From the NCBI RefSeq assembly GCF_006345805.1, contig NC_043010.1, positions 39,990,001-40,054,000 of the forward strand: a DNA stretch of 64,000 nucleotides, read 5' to 3'. The position numbers and the translations under genes are program-made. This document shows, one piece after another, positions 24,960-38,975 of the stretch. Position 1 is the first letter of the stretch, and every line of letters starts with the position of its first letter. The notes beneath the pieces are model-generated. The model was not told the origin of the DNA. It did no database searches and saw only the letters and a list, made by a program, of their open reading frames with translations. Source of the stretch: Octopus sinensis. Lineage: Eukaryota.

Positions 24960-25140
24960 GCGTGTGTACCGTTGGCGATTTTTTCCTCCGTCTTCCTTTC
25001 TTTGGACTTTCCTTTTCCTATGTTTCTGACGAAGAGCTTTGCTCGAAACGTTAAACACTCCGTCTTTCCTTCTTTCCTGAACGTCCAATAATACTATACT
25101 TGTTCGACGTCCTCGCGTTGTTGTTTTTAATGTTTACATA
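24960..25140 (+). mobile_element. Penelope-like short repeat family F with a minimal hammerhead
   Basis: Homologous to 49470-49665 and 59010-59200 (GTCCAATAATACT..TTGTTC.ACGTCCTCGCGTTG); adjacent to (TG)n. Confidence 0.8.
25021..25057 (+). ncRNA. Minimal (dimer-type) type I hammerhead motif
   Basis: TGTTT-CTGACGA-A-GAGC-TTT-GCTC-GAAA-CG-TT^AAACA. Stem I 5 bp, extra A after A9, palindromic loopless stem III (ACGU). Confidence 0.75.
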
Positions 25141-25707
25141 CATAATATATTTTCAATGTGTTGCTGTATATATTTTGGAAATTGTTCAATTGCTACTGAG
25201 AGAGTGAGGGAAACCACTACGTGACCTACCACTCTGTTTCCAAGTTCCTTTCAAATATGGTACAAGTGTCTTTATTACCATATTTGACTAGGTGGTCGAA
25301 TGCAAAACGTGCCTAAACAATAATGTGGCCTGACTATAGTTACATTTCTTCGAACATTGGATGGCAAAAACCATAATACCAATGACCAATGTTTGCAACT
25401 AATATATCATATATAAACTTAAATTGAATCGAAGATTATTAAAGTTTTAAATTGTTGATCCTTTGTATTTAAATTTACAAGAGAAGATTTATTGTTCTTG
25501 TTGACGATGTGTCGGACAGCAACAATGATTGAGCCGACTCTTCATAAAATTATATCCCCGTCATGATCATTCCATTTTTCTTTAGAATAATATTCCTATA
25601 GAACTTGTTACAGACAATGTCCAGTGATGCAGTTCACTATTTGAAGCAGCATGGCGTAATTTAGGGAAAATGTGACCGCAATTTTGAACAGTTTACGCTG
25701 CTATGTA

Positions 25708-26273
25708 TTGGGTTGTCCGGAAAGTTCATGTCGATTTTTAGTAGCTTACCTTTCAACTTATTTTAGAACATAGTTGAGTGCATAAAATAGGATTTTACTA
25801 CACCTCCATTTAGAGAGCACAGTTTAAGCTATCTTTTCGTGGAGGAAGGTTTATGTTCCTATAACCTGTGTTAATTCTGTAACCCTTCAAAATGGAAGAT
25901 AAGAAAGTTCATTTTCGGCACTTGATGCTTTGGGAACCAGACAAAAACTGCTGCAGCTCGGCTGTTATGTTACCCCACCCTCCATATTCACCAGATATTG
26001 TTCCTTCGGATTTCCACTTATTCAGGTCTCCGCACAATAGACTTAATGGTAAAAATTTCAATTACTTGAGTGACGTTAAAAGGTACCTTGATGAATTATT
26101 TGCCATGAAACCACATCAATTCTGGAAAAAGGGTATTTTCAAATTAAAAGAAAGATGGAGACGCATTGTGCAACAAAACTGTTCATATTTGGTTGATTAA
26201 AAATGTAATGGCAAGTATTTATTGACCTTTTTCTTTCCTTTAAAAATCAGTACGAACTTTCGGGACATCCCAA
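25708..26273 (+). mobile_element. Internally deleted mariner (DD34D-type) element
   Basis: TIRs TTGGGTTGTCCGGAAAGTTC and GAACTTTCGGGACATCCCAA with TA on both sides. ORF 25892-26200 joins the N-terminus MEDKKVHFRHLMLW to the C-terminal HPPYSPDIVPSDFHLF. Confidence 0.93.
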
Positions 26274-27805
26274 TAGAAGCACAACTGTTACTCCGTTGCA
26301 ATGATTTGAAGCCAGAATGGCATACTAATACTTTCAATAAAATGAAGATAGGATATGATATTTAATTCTTGCTTAAGTGTAAAACAAAAAGATTTTGGCG
26401 CGGGATTATATTAAATCTGGTACTTGATTTGTACTTAATTTTCTTCTCTAACATGGCTGACACATTTGTATTTTGATTGACAATGTGACTGACGATCGAT
26501 TAAGTTGCTTGATGAAATAAACGTTATTCAGATATTTAAAACATAATTATGTATGAGAAGAAATAAACTCGAATGTGATTCAGAGAATATTATTGAAAGG
26601 TCGAAAAAAAATAATATCTCCCTCAGTTGTATAAGAGATTTATTAAGTAGTTAAATGTTAAACATCTCAAACCAAATTAATCTCCATAAAAATGTTGAAT
26701 TTATTTGTCATTCAAGAATGAATGGAAATATTAATAGTTGTAGTTCAAGTTTAATTGACATTTGAATTTGAAGAACACAATATCAATGGCTCTTATAATC
26801 AATATTATAATTGTTATCAATTATAATTTGACTTGTTGTAAAGGTTATTTATTTTTAGTAAAATTGAGATATCCTGTTGTCCTGAGAAAAATACTTTTGC
26901 AAATAAAAATTCGGTGCAAGCACAAGTGTGTGTGTGTGTGTGTGTGTGTAGTTAAGACGTTCCCTTTGCAACCACAAGGTTTTGGCTTCGATTGTCCAAC
27001 CCTGTGGCACATTGATGACTTACACAAATCATTTGGATGTTTAAGGTTACAGGGAGTAACCAGTCTTCTCAAAAAATCTACCAGGAATAAGACCAATCCT
27101 GAGAAAAGACAATAATAGTAATAAATACTTCTAATTTAAGCACAAACCCCACAATTTTAACGGAAACAATATATTAGTTTCATCATGTTGAGCCGTTAAT
27201 CCCTACAAAGTCTGTCTCTTCCGCTACTCTAGGCTCGGAAGGTCAACGCTTGTGCTATTCTTCCCGAGTGTCAATCTAATAGATCTACTGTTTGTTCCCT
27301 CACTTGTCTTCGTCTTTTGTTTTCTGCAAATTTGATCTATATTTTTCTATTTCCCTGAAGAAATGAAAAGGCAAAGGTGACTTCATACGAATTAGAAATT
27401 CTTAACGTAACCCGACGGAAGCAATACCGCAAGTATTTTGTTTGAAGCATTGAGTATTTTCACAAATGGCAACAAAATATAATTAATTCTGTTTTAAGCA
27501 CAAGACAAGAGAATTTTCTGATGCGGATTTATCTGTTCCAGCAATAACAATACTTGACTGGTACTTTATTTATTAACTCCGCAAGGTAAGGAGGCAAAGT
27601 TGACCTCGGCGGAACATCATCTCAGAACATGAATGTTCGCTAAAGTGATACTTTTTGGCTGACGTTTTAACGATGATGCCAAAACATTTTTCTAGTATGC
27701 ACAGGTGCAAAACTGTGTGATACAATATAAGGCATGTGAACATAAAATGAATTATTAAAAGACAAGAAGAAAATATGAAATAAGAAAAAGTACATACTGA
27801 TCAAG

Positions 27806-28116
27806 TGGAGGCACATAGCATATTGTTTAGAGCAGCGGACTCGCAGTCGAGGGATCGCGAGTTCGAATCTCAGACTGGGTGATGTGTGTCTGTTTATGAG
27901 TGAAACACCTAAGCTCCACGCGGCTCCGGCAGAAGGAAATGGCGAACTTCTGCTGACTCTTTCGCCACAACTTTCTCACACTCTTTCCTCCTGCATTTTG
28001 CAGCTCACCTGTGACGTACCGACATCCCGTCCAGGTTGGGAACCTATACGCCAAGAAAACCTTCAAACCGGCCCTTATGAGCCAGGCATGGCTCGAGATG
28101 GATCAAACAAAAAAAA
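27806..28116 (+). mobile_element. tRNA-derived SINE, family E, with a 15-bp TSD
   Basis: Head GTGGAGGC...GAGTTCGAATCTC. TACATACTGATCAAG is repeated at 27791-27805 and 28117-28131. Confidence 0.92.
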
Positions 28117-28933
28117 TACATACTGATCAAGAATCTCTTATGGTCAAGTGAACTAAGAAACGTCCATCCAAGAATCTCATCGATTCGTAATTATCCTGAT
28201 CATCGATAAAACAGCGATCACTCAGCTGCCACTGGAAAACTACGCCCATTTCCTTGCGATAGTGTAGCTCCCTACAGCTACCATACTCCAGACCATCAAA
28301 GGAAAGGCTGAGTTGTGAACCTAGGGCAATATCGTGTTTCTGCCACCTGAGACAATTTAACGGCTTTCGTTTGATCGTGTCCCAAAATATATCGTAAGAT
28401 ATAACGCATTCGATCTCATAAAACATGTTCCGCCTTTCGTGTTCAATAAATGGCCGATGATTTGTCTCGTAGCTTGAATATCGCACGGTTGTGATGGATT
28501 TCCTTACCACCATTACTAATTAGCTCACGAAAACAGCTGAGGTGATAAAGATACGGAAGACTAAAATATCTCATAAAACCTCAAAATCATTACGTCATTA
28601 TGACTGTAGCTCTATGACCGCTGTCGGTAAAATAATAAAAAATAACTCTAAGAATACTGGCGATAAAAAAATTTTTCAGTTAACTATTTTTCTCTGCCTC
28701 GTATGGAGGAACGGTACAGTTAACCTAGGGAGAAATTGAACTCAGGATTTAGCAAAAAGAAACAAACATCACACGGTATTTTGTCCGACGATTTCACTTT
28801 TCTACAGTCTTCTCGCCTTGAAAGTGTTAGCCATGTGTATAACAATTATAATCTATGAATAAAGATAAAATAGTGCTAACTGTAATATTCTGTCGCAGAG
28901 ATTATTGTCTTAAAAGATATTGTGTTTAAGACA

Positions 28934-29147
28934 TGTGAGAGACTGCTGAAAAGTTCATGGCTTTGGGTTTAAAGAAAATACAAGAGGATCAGTTACTTAT
29001 GATTTTAGTTAACATATTCCATCTCAGATTCATATACGTATTGCAGCAGTCCTTCGGGTGTTCTAAATCCTGTTTAAAGGACTCAGGAGTCTGAGCCTCC
29101 AACCAGGCCTTTCACAATAACCTTAAAACCAGAACCCCCTCATCGTA
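28934..29147. mobile_element. Mariner-derived MITE, decayed
   Basis: Ends are (T)GAGAGACTGCTGAAAAGTTCATGGCTT and AAAACCAGAACCCCCTCATCGTA. Confidence 0.55.
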
Positions 29148-29149
29148 TG

Positions 29150-29500
29150 TGTCTTAAAAATAATTTCTTTAAGATAAGCGTGTACTGTTCTACGTTTGTA
29201 TATAAGCTACTTATGTTATACACTTCGTTCCTTAAATGTAATATTTCAGTTGGCTGCAATTTTCTTTAGACCATATAATTTTTTAATACCAGTTATTTCT
29301 AAATAACTATTCCAATGGTTGTTTCTTTGAATCAAATACTTTCTTTTTTTTCTTTTTCCATTCATTTGTACTAATCTACAACTATAACATAAATACCATT
29401 CAGTTACATATCCCAGAATTCATTCAACTTTTTTTGTGTATTCCAAGTTGCATTATATATTTTGCTATTTTATCTTCCCTGACTAGATCTGCTTGACTAC
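29150..29500 (-). pseudogene. Possible decayed APE endonuclease of an RTE-like LINE
   Basis: Only ATWNTQ (consensus ATWNV) and spacing-consistent remnants; many stops. Confidence 0.3.
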
Positions 29501-30539
29501 CGACTTACCTAGCGAAACCTCATTGGCCCTAATATCGTTAACTTTATAACATTGCTATGCATTTTCTTTATCTGCATCGACATAAAACACCATTCGAATA
29601 TGTCAGTCTTTACATTGCCATATCCTATAATGTCTTCGTTTGCATTATATATGTTTTTCGTGCACAAACTAAATAGTTGTAATTCTTATTTCTGTAGATA
29701 TAATCTTGTACATTTTTGTCAGTTTTTCTTTTTTCAGAAATATTTTCGTTATCACCATTTGTGCTTGGTCAGCCATAGCCAGAATTTTCCATTGACATCT
29801 TTTTCTTCTGACTGTCTTTGTGCATGACAAACTGTTTACGCCATACGCAGACAGCTGTCAATGACTGTTCTACAACATTTCCTCGTGTTTGAAGCAAATT
29901 CGTTCTTCCATATTTCAGGCAAGTCTCACGTCCATCTCCCATCCCTATGTTCTCTATGCCCGAAGCACCAATCAAACAGCAAATAGTTTTTTTATATACT
30001 TTGAAGTTTCATGAAAATGTCCGATGTTGTTAACGTCAGGAACTTCGTCAGACTACGGCATACAAACTCACCTAAACACACATTGTTAAATTATACAACA
30101 CATATTCTCTCCATTTCCATAGAAATGTCACGATTTTCATTACCCCACGGCGTGAAGACAAATCTAAATTTATGGACTGTGTTAAATAATTTATGTTGAT
30201 TTAATTCACTACTAGTCATGGAACTGAGTTTCTTAATTACTATTTCATTTATATATATGCTCCTTTTCGCATGACCGCTCGCTTCTTTTATCATTGACTT
30301 TCAGCTGCGAAATTAGTTTTATGTTATTTACAGATTTCCCGTTTTCTTAAATTATTTGTGTATGTTACACATTATATTTTCTTCACAACTCGTGAACAAC
30401 GAATTCTTGCTTACAAATTTATGATTAGTCAGCCACAAGTTTACAGCATTTTTTATGGTCTAAGAGAGAAATGTGGCTTCACAGGTTTTCAGTTCGAATC
30501 CTCGTATACAGCGATGAATAATTCACATAACACACACAC

Positions 30540-30577
30540 ACTATATATATAATATATATATATATATATACATATAT

Positions 30578-30610
<33 letters not shown>

Positions 30611-30631
30611 TAACATTATATATCTATATAT

Positions 30632-30665
<34 letters not shown>

Positions 30666-30691
30666 ATATACATATTATATATATATTATAT

Positions 30692-30729
<38 letters not shown>

Positions 30730-30799
30730 ACATATATATATATATCTTATATTATACATATATATATATACATATACATATACATATATTATTATATAC

Positions 30800-30888
<89 letters not shown>

Positions 30889-30940
30889 CATATATATATA
30901 TATATATATTATACATATATATATATACATTACATAATAC

Positions 30941-30972
<32 letters not shown>

Positions 30973-31150
30973 TATACATATATATATATATATATATTAT
31001 AATATAATATATATATATATTATAACATATTATATATATATATATTATATATATATATATATATTATATATATATATAATATATATATTACATATATATA
31101 TATATTATACATATAATAATATATATATATATATATTATAATATATATAT
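30540..31150. repeat. Long TA-rich compound microsatellite
   Basis: Direct read. Confidence 0.97.
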
Positions 31151-31400
31151 AATCCTTAATCCTAATCCTTAAAAATTTTTTAGCCCGAAGGTCGCGGCCA
31201 TGCTGGGGCACCACCGCTGAATGAGCTACACTAGTTTTTGAATCCACCTCTGATACGTGGCACATAATCAACGAGGAGTTCGATGCTGCTGCCCGCATCC
31301 GTTCTCCTGTCGTGAGGTAGGTTCATCTGGGACTCCCAACAAGAAGAGATCCAGTTTAGTTTTGAAGAAACCCACATCCACACCATGTAAGTCTCTCAGG
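31151..31400 (-). mobile_element. 5'-truncated CR1-like LINE 3' end
   Basis: Minus translation LRDLHGVDVGFFKTKLDLFLLGVPDEP..RMRAAASNS is a typical CR1-group ORF2 C-terminus. The 3' UTR GGTGGTGCCCCAGCATGGCCGCGACC and an (AAGGATT)-like tail follow. Confidence 0.8.
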
Positions 31401-31409
31401 CTATATTAT

Positions 31410-32170
<761 letters not shown>

Positions 32171-32308
32171 TATAGAGGGCATTATACATACATGCCAGAA
32201 GGCATTATACATAAATGCCACACGCTAAGAGGGACAATTAGTCATTTCTACCAAATATTACTAATCCCACCGAATGCAATTTTTCAAAGTAAGACATTTA
32301 AAAAATAT

Positions 32309-32356
32309 AGACCTGTATCACAGTGATTTCATACTTACGTATTCATCAGCAGTCCT
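32309..32356 (-). ncRNA. Type I hammerhead, subfamily 2 (left arm)
   Basis: Minus strand reads AGGACTG-CTGATGA-ATAC-GTAA-GTAT-GAAA-TCAC-T-GTGA-TA^CAGGTCT. The core is intact, with one stem I mismatch. Confidence 0.82.
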
Positions 32357-32469
32357 GAATGTATTATAAATAACAACGACCCTGCCCGCTTAAGCCGATC
32401 AGCTAACTTATCACATCAGTTAGCTGATCGGCTTAAGCGGGCAGGGTCGTTGTTTATTTATAATACTTC

Positions 32470-32514
32470 AGGCCTGCTGATGAATATAAGTATGAATCAC
32501 TGTGATACAGGTCT
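32470..32514 (+). ncRNA. Type I hammerhead, subfamily 2 (right arm; GAA core, loop II deletion)
   Basis: AGGCCTG-CTGATGA-ATATAAGTAT-GAA-TCAC-T-GTGA-TA^CAGGTCT; stem I is fully paired. Confidence 0.6.
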
Positions 32515-32779
32515 ATATTTTTAAATGTCTTACTTTGAAAATTGCATTCGGTGGGATTAGTAATATTTTTTGGTAGAAATGACTAATTGTCCCTCTTAGC
32601 GTGTGGCATTTATGTATAATGCCTTCTGGCATGTATGTATAATGCCCTCTATATATAAATTATATGTTCATAAGAAATAATTATTTCGAAATTTTTTCTC
32701 TTATGAGCTTTTCACGCTATCTACCTGACATTTCTTAAGTTTTCCTTATTAAGTAGTTGTCCTTAATTGCTAAATTCTA

Positions 32780-32806
32780 TAATATATATATATTATACAT
32801 ATATAT

Positions 32807-32850
<44 letters not shown>

Positions 32851-33240
32851 CATATACATATATATATACATATAATATATATATACATATATATATACAT
32901 ATATATATATATACATATTATATATATACATTATACATATATATATATATATATACAAATATACATATATATATATATATATATTACACATATATATATA
33001 TATATATATATGTATATGTATATATATACATATATATAATATATATATACACATATATATATATATATATATATGTATATGTATATATATACATATATAT
33101 AATATATATATATTATATATAATATATACATACATATATACATATATATATGTATATATATATATATATATATACATATATATATACATATATATACATA
33201 TATATATATATACATTATATATACATATATATATATAATA

Positions 33241-33272
<32 letters not shown>

Positions 33273-33340
33273 GTTTATACAGACATAGATACATATATAT
33301 ACACATATATATATATATATAATAAATATATATTTATATA
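32780..33340. repeat. Long TA-rich compound microsatellite
   Basis: Direct read. Confidence 0.97.
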
Positions 33341-33377
33341 ATTTTCGAGGAGACGTCCAGTCGAGTAGATCGGCTTC

Positions 33378-33745
33378 AGTACACAACTGGTATATAATTT
33401 ATCGACCTCGGAAGGATGAAAGGCAAAGTCAATCTCGGCGGTCGAGCTGGCAGAAACGTTAGCACGCCGGGCGAAATGCGTAGCCGTATTTCGTCTGCCG
33501 TTACGTTCTGAGTTCAAATTCCGCCGAGGTCGACTTTGTCTTTCATCCTTCCGGGGTCGATTAAATAAGTACCAGTTACGCACTGGGGTCGATATAATCG
33601 ACTTAATCCGTTTGTCTGTCATTGTTTGTCCTCTCTGTGTTTAGCCCCTTGTGGATAGTAAAGAAATAGGTATTTGAATTTAAACCGTAAAGACAGACGA
33701 AGTACCGCTAAGCATTTCTCCCGGCGTGCCAACGGTTCTTATTTC
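33378..33745. mobile_element. SINE B (+, 33438-33676) nested inside SINE B (-)
   Basis: The outer copy breaks at CTCGGCG and resumes at ATTTGAA; the inner copy is full-length in the opposite orientation. Confidence 0.85.
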
Positions 33746-36384
33746 TTTATTACCTAGTAATAGGTTATACATAGAAAAAGGAATTTTCACAAATACAACA
33801 CGTAAAGTCACTACAACACGAGACATAACATAAACTCGGGGAACTAAAAATACAAAAAGAAATTAGAGTCTGGAAGATGTAAAAGAAACGAATGAGAATA
33901 TAAAAAATGATATAATGTGGCGCAATGCGCACTCGAACTCCGAAGTCAAGTGGTTACATTTCTACCCTTTTTCGCTCTTTTCATTCTCATTCTTTTTCAC
34001 AATAAGTTCTGTTTTTTCCCAATTTTTCCACGAAAAAGTTCATTTTTTAATCGTCGTTTTCATCTCCCTAAAAATTGTTCATGTTATGTTTAGCATGCCT
34101 TGTTTAACATTTTCTAACCTTGAAAATTCTACCACAGTCGGCATTGAATTAAACAATCTCTGAATTCAAATTCCGTCGAGGTCGACTTTGCTTTTCGTCG
34201 ATAAAATCCGTACCAATCAAGTAGTGGAGTTGATGTAATTGATTTTGCCACCTTAAAAACTGCGGGCCTTGAGCTAAAATTTGAAACCATTATTATTGAC
34301 CATTATCACATCTTATTACTGGTATAGTGTCGAATGATTGTGAATTATCCGTTTAAAGATTTTTGCCTTCTTCATGACTAGTGTTAAACGAGTTGGGAAC
34401 AGTCATGAAACTTCTAAAAGTTCCAGCCATACAATACACAAGCTACTCTTCCTCCTTCTACAATCTACGATTATGTCTTTGTTGTTCAGTATTCGATATT
34501 TGTAACCATATATTTTTTACAATATCAGACACTGATATTTTTCCAAAGAATCTTAATTGTTTATGATCCTAGTTCACTAAAAAATGTGTAAGTTGTAAGA
34601 AGGTTCATTACAGTTGTTTTAGGGCTTGTTATTCTTTTATAGTTGAGTAAAATATGGGTCCTTTATCCTCCGTAGAGCCATTCGAGTGTTGTCAGTAACT
34701 CACAAATCACATCCGTCCCACCTTTAACCGTTTTGATACCACCTGGGACGACTTTGGGTCTATGGTATACTCTTCCTGTTTTAAAAGGAACTAATTAAAA
34801 GCATTTATTAAAATCTAATGTAAATTATATCCCAAACATCAGTTTAATAATGACAGTTATTTTACGAAACGCTTTGTTATTTTAAAAATCAATTGCAAAA
34901 CAAACGCAATGTTTCAACAAAAATATTTAACAGAAGAATTAATATGTTCCTTTTAAACGTCAACAAGTTTGGAATGTAGTGTTCTCGTGTCTTTGTACTG
35001 AATTACCCCGAGATCTTTAATTACGATATTTAAGCTGGCAGATTAAATGAAGAATTCGTAAGAAAGACTCGAGGTATTAAATTATACCTCTTGGTGAGGT
35101 GCAATTGAATCCAGACTCCACGTATGTCGATTTTACCGTTTATATAACTTTAGTGGTTAAAATTACTGCCATTTATGTACTTAAGTCCCATTAATTCAAT
35201 TCGCCCAGCACTGGGTATAGAACTATGCCAGTTTCGGAAATATTGAAGTTAGCATTATTACGATCATCCCCATTGCATTCATGATAAACCTCATTCATTT
35301 AAAAGAGAATATTTTGTAACTTCCACTCAACATATTTTCATAACGCCAGTTCCATTTTGAATAATATGAGTTTCATTTTTCTCCAAATTGAAATAAATTT
35401 ATTTTCTACTTTAATATTCTTTTTTGTTTTGTGTTGACTACGATTTGTAATTATTACATTTAATGTTAATTTTAATTCTGTATATGTTTGAAGGAAATGA
35501 AATAAAAAATAATCAATATTTTTCGTCTGCTGTTTTCATTTCGTTCATTAAGTCTATTATTACATCTGTCATACCAGTAGAAGAAGAAACGAAACATAAT
35601 TTCTCTATTAATATTTGATGATACTCTAGTCTACGTAAATCAAGGAACTTGATAATGTAGTATATCCTATACAATACATATGATTTCTCAAATTATTAAA
35701 TTGAGAATTTATTACCTATATTTCCTATGTTTGGCGAGATACACAACGTAGGGCAGAACAAAGCTCATTATATTTTCTGTTTAACTATTCCCCATATTTC
35801 TGTTTATTAGCATGAGGCGGATGAGTAGGATCCAAGTCATATTGCAGTGTCTCTAAAACTGGTGGCGGATAATGTACAGCAAGAATTCAAACTTCCGATA
35901 CAGTGAACCACTATAGTTGCATTCGAATGATTAAAATCAGTGAAAAAAATACATGAGATTCCATTTTTTGAGGTAGAAAATGGATCTAGTGAATGGACCC
36001 TGCATAAAAGAGATTAGTAGGGTCGACTTACAAATGATCTGCGTTGGATTTTCTTTGATGAGATTATGATTAGAGCCTTCAACTTTACATAAACATGGCA
36101 AAAAAATCCAAGCACGTTAAACGGTTCGAAAATATTAAGAAAATAACCGTTAAATACAATTGATTTTTAGAGCAGGTGATCATTGATTAACACTGTAAGT
36201 TGATATTATTTATGTGAGATATACAGCAATAATTACATTCTTGTGTAAAAGTTAAAATATAACTGCTTCCTCCAATTACTTTTTTTTAGTAAAATTCTTG
36301 TAAGAAAGTTTATAAATTTTCCCCTTCAGACCTTTTTTTCGAAGGAGTAAAAAATTTTAAATAATTATGCGAAAGTCAGGAGAA

Positions 36385-36815
36385 ATAATATTGGTTTCAA
36401 TTTTCGGCACAAGGCCAGAAATTTCGGGGAGAGGCTAAGACAGTTAGATCGACTCAGCTGGTACATATATTTTATCAACCCCGAAAGGATGAAATGCAAA
36501 AAATTGATCCAAGCAGAATTTGAATACCGCTCAGTATTTTTGGCTGACGTGCAAACGTTTCTACCAGTGTGCCACTTTATTAGAACTATTTGAAATCAAC
36601 ATCATTGATAGTTATTGATTTCAAATTTTGGCACAAAGCCAGCAAGTTCGGGGGAGGGGAGGAGGCAATTATAACAGCCCCAGAGCTCAACTGGTACCTA
36701 TTTTATCGACCCCCGGAGGGCTGAAAGGTAAAATCGACATCGACGGAATTTGAACTGTATCGTTAAAGCCGGAGAAAATGTAGCTAAGCATTTTACCCGT
36801 CGTGCTAACGCTTCT
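36385..36815 (-). mobile_element. Two decayed SINE B units
   Basis: GGCACAAG.CCAG..A.TTCGGGG and AAGGATGAAA/AAAGGTAAAATCGAC remnants occur twice. Confidence 0.7.
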
Positions 36816-37757
36816 GCCACCCCGAGTGGGGGGGGATAATGTTAAGGGCGAATATCTACTGTCACAAATTTCTTGTCTTTTTTTAATACTAATATCAGAT
36901 AAAGTACGAAATCAATTATACAAGCGTAACATTATCACACGAGGAATATATAATAGATTTCCCTTTTTTCAAATGGTGATACAAAAATGAATAACAAACT
37001 CTCTCTCGCTCTCTCTCTCACAAACACACACACACACACACACACACACCACACACACATACACACAATCACACATGCACAAAATGGGTTGGAAATGGGA
37101 CCATTGTATATTCCGTTTGATATACCACTCACTTTATTAGATTAATATGTCAAATGACTAAATGGGTTCTTGGGTTAATAAATGCCAGAGATCCATGAAA
37201 ATGAATAAGTGTGGACTAATAAAGCTTTCTAACAAAACCAGTGTTGTTATCATGTTGTATATTGAAAAAAAAACTATCCATTCGCTGGTGACTCAGAATT
37301 GTTACTACGATAGATACAAGAATCACCGTATGGTTAAAAGGTTGGTTCTCAGTTACGTTGTTCCGGATTCAATTTCTCTGCTCGGCGTCTCGTTAACGAT
37401 TGTTTAACCTAACCATACACAAGTGTTGATTAATAAATATCTTCTCAATCGAGTGGGATTTGCTAATCAGTGCGAATAGCTGTTGTTCATGCATTTGTAT
37501 TTTACTTTTGCTACTCATTCGAATTCGGCCACGTCGGGGCACGACCTTGAAGGTATTTCCTCGAAGAATTCCACCCCCGCCCGCACCCAGTGCATTTTTT
37601 AATGCTTGGTATTTAACGTTTCCCTCTCTCTTCACCCAACTGCTAGGTTACAAGGACATAAGCAAACCAATACAGGTTGTGACGCGGAGAAAGTGGACAA
37701 ACAAAAAGATACACACATGCATACACAAACACACATGAATATATATAAATACATACG

Positions 37758-37856
<99 letters not shown>

Positions 37857-37890
37857 TCATACACTACAGGCTCTACAGCCTCTAGTGTAT

Positions 37891-38129
37891 GGACGTTTGA
37901 TATCGTTTCTTATTACCTGCAGCAAATATTGAGATCTTGGTGTGTATAGGGAACTATTTCCAATTTAGCCAAGAATATTATGAAATCGACCATATTCAGA
38001 ATAATAACACCATACACTTCCTTCAAGGATTTGAAATTCAAATATAGTTTACCGCAGCAGAAATGCTCTACGGACACTCAGACTGAAAAGTATTACATGC
38101 AATTTGTTTTCAAATTATAGCATGCAAAT
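37891..38129 (+). repeat. Unclassified ~240-bp repeat, copy 1, splitting an old SINE A
   Basis: Reverse-complement match to 40062-40302. SINE A 3' half lies at 37490-37760 and its 5' half resumes at ~38125. Confidence 0.8.
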
Positions 38130-38581
38130 CTACTCACTAGGTTTTAGTCGTCCCGGATTATAGTAGAAGTCACAAGCTCACGTTGCCACTAGTGGGACTG
38201 ATCTTGGAACCATGTAGTCGGGAAGCAAACATCTTGTCGTACAACTATATACCCATGTGGGCGCGCACGTGTGTGTGTCGTCCGTAGAAGGAAGTATAGT
38301 ATCTTTCTGTTCCATCGAAATGTTAGTGGGGACGCACAACATTTGCCAGTAAAATACTAGAAGTATATTGATAGAGCAATTTTGGTGAAATATATATTAG
38401 ACCAAAATATGTCAAAGAATAGAAGTGATCTATTAGAAATTGCTACCAAGAATATCAACGAGAAATGCAACAGCAAAACCAAAGGTGCATACAACAAAAT
38501 CAATAATGATATTTCATTGCGTGATGTTATTCACTTTCGAACGTAATTTCCATCATTATTTTGACAAAGGAAAGGTTTCAA

Positions 38582-38975
38582 ATACTATTTTACTTGTTTT
38601 AGTCATTTGACTGCAGCCATGCTGGAGTATCGCCTTTACTCGAGCAAATCGACGGCCAGGACTTTGTAAATTATTACTTATTCTATCGGTCTCTTTTGCC
38701 GAACCGTTAAATTACGGGGACGTAAACACACCAGCATCGGTTGTCAAGTGATGTTGGTGGGACAAACGCAGATACACAAACATATACACACACATACATA
38801 TATATATACATATATACGATGGGCTTGTTTCAATTTCCGTCTACCAAATCCACTCACAAGGTTTTGGTCGGGCCGAAGCCATAGTAGAAGACACTTGCCC
38901 AAGGTGCCACGCAGTGGGACTGAACCCAGAACCATGTGGTTGGTAAGCAAGCTACTTACCACACAGCCACTCCTT
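38582..38975 (-). mobile_element. SINE family A, full length
   Basis: Colinear with the 19255 copy. Confidence 0.95.

Noticed and set aside
26480-26530. CTGACGA...GAAA...TT motif
   Set aside because: Stem I cannot form and the stem II base pair is U-U.
27806-27880. tRNA genes at SINE heads (also 1100-1172, 58168-58238)
   Set aside because: A/B-box-like motifs run into SINE bodies, without a complete cloverleaf or acceptor stem.
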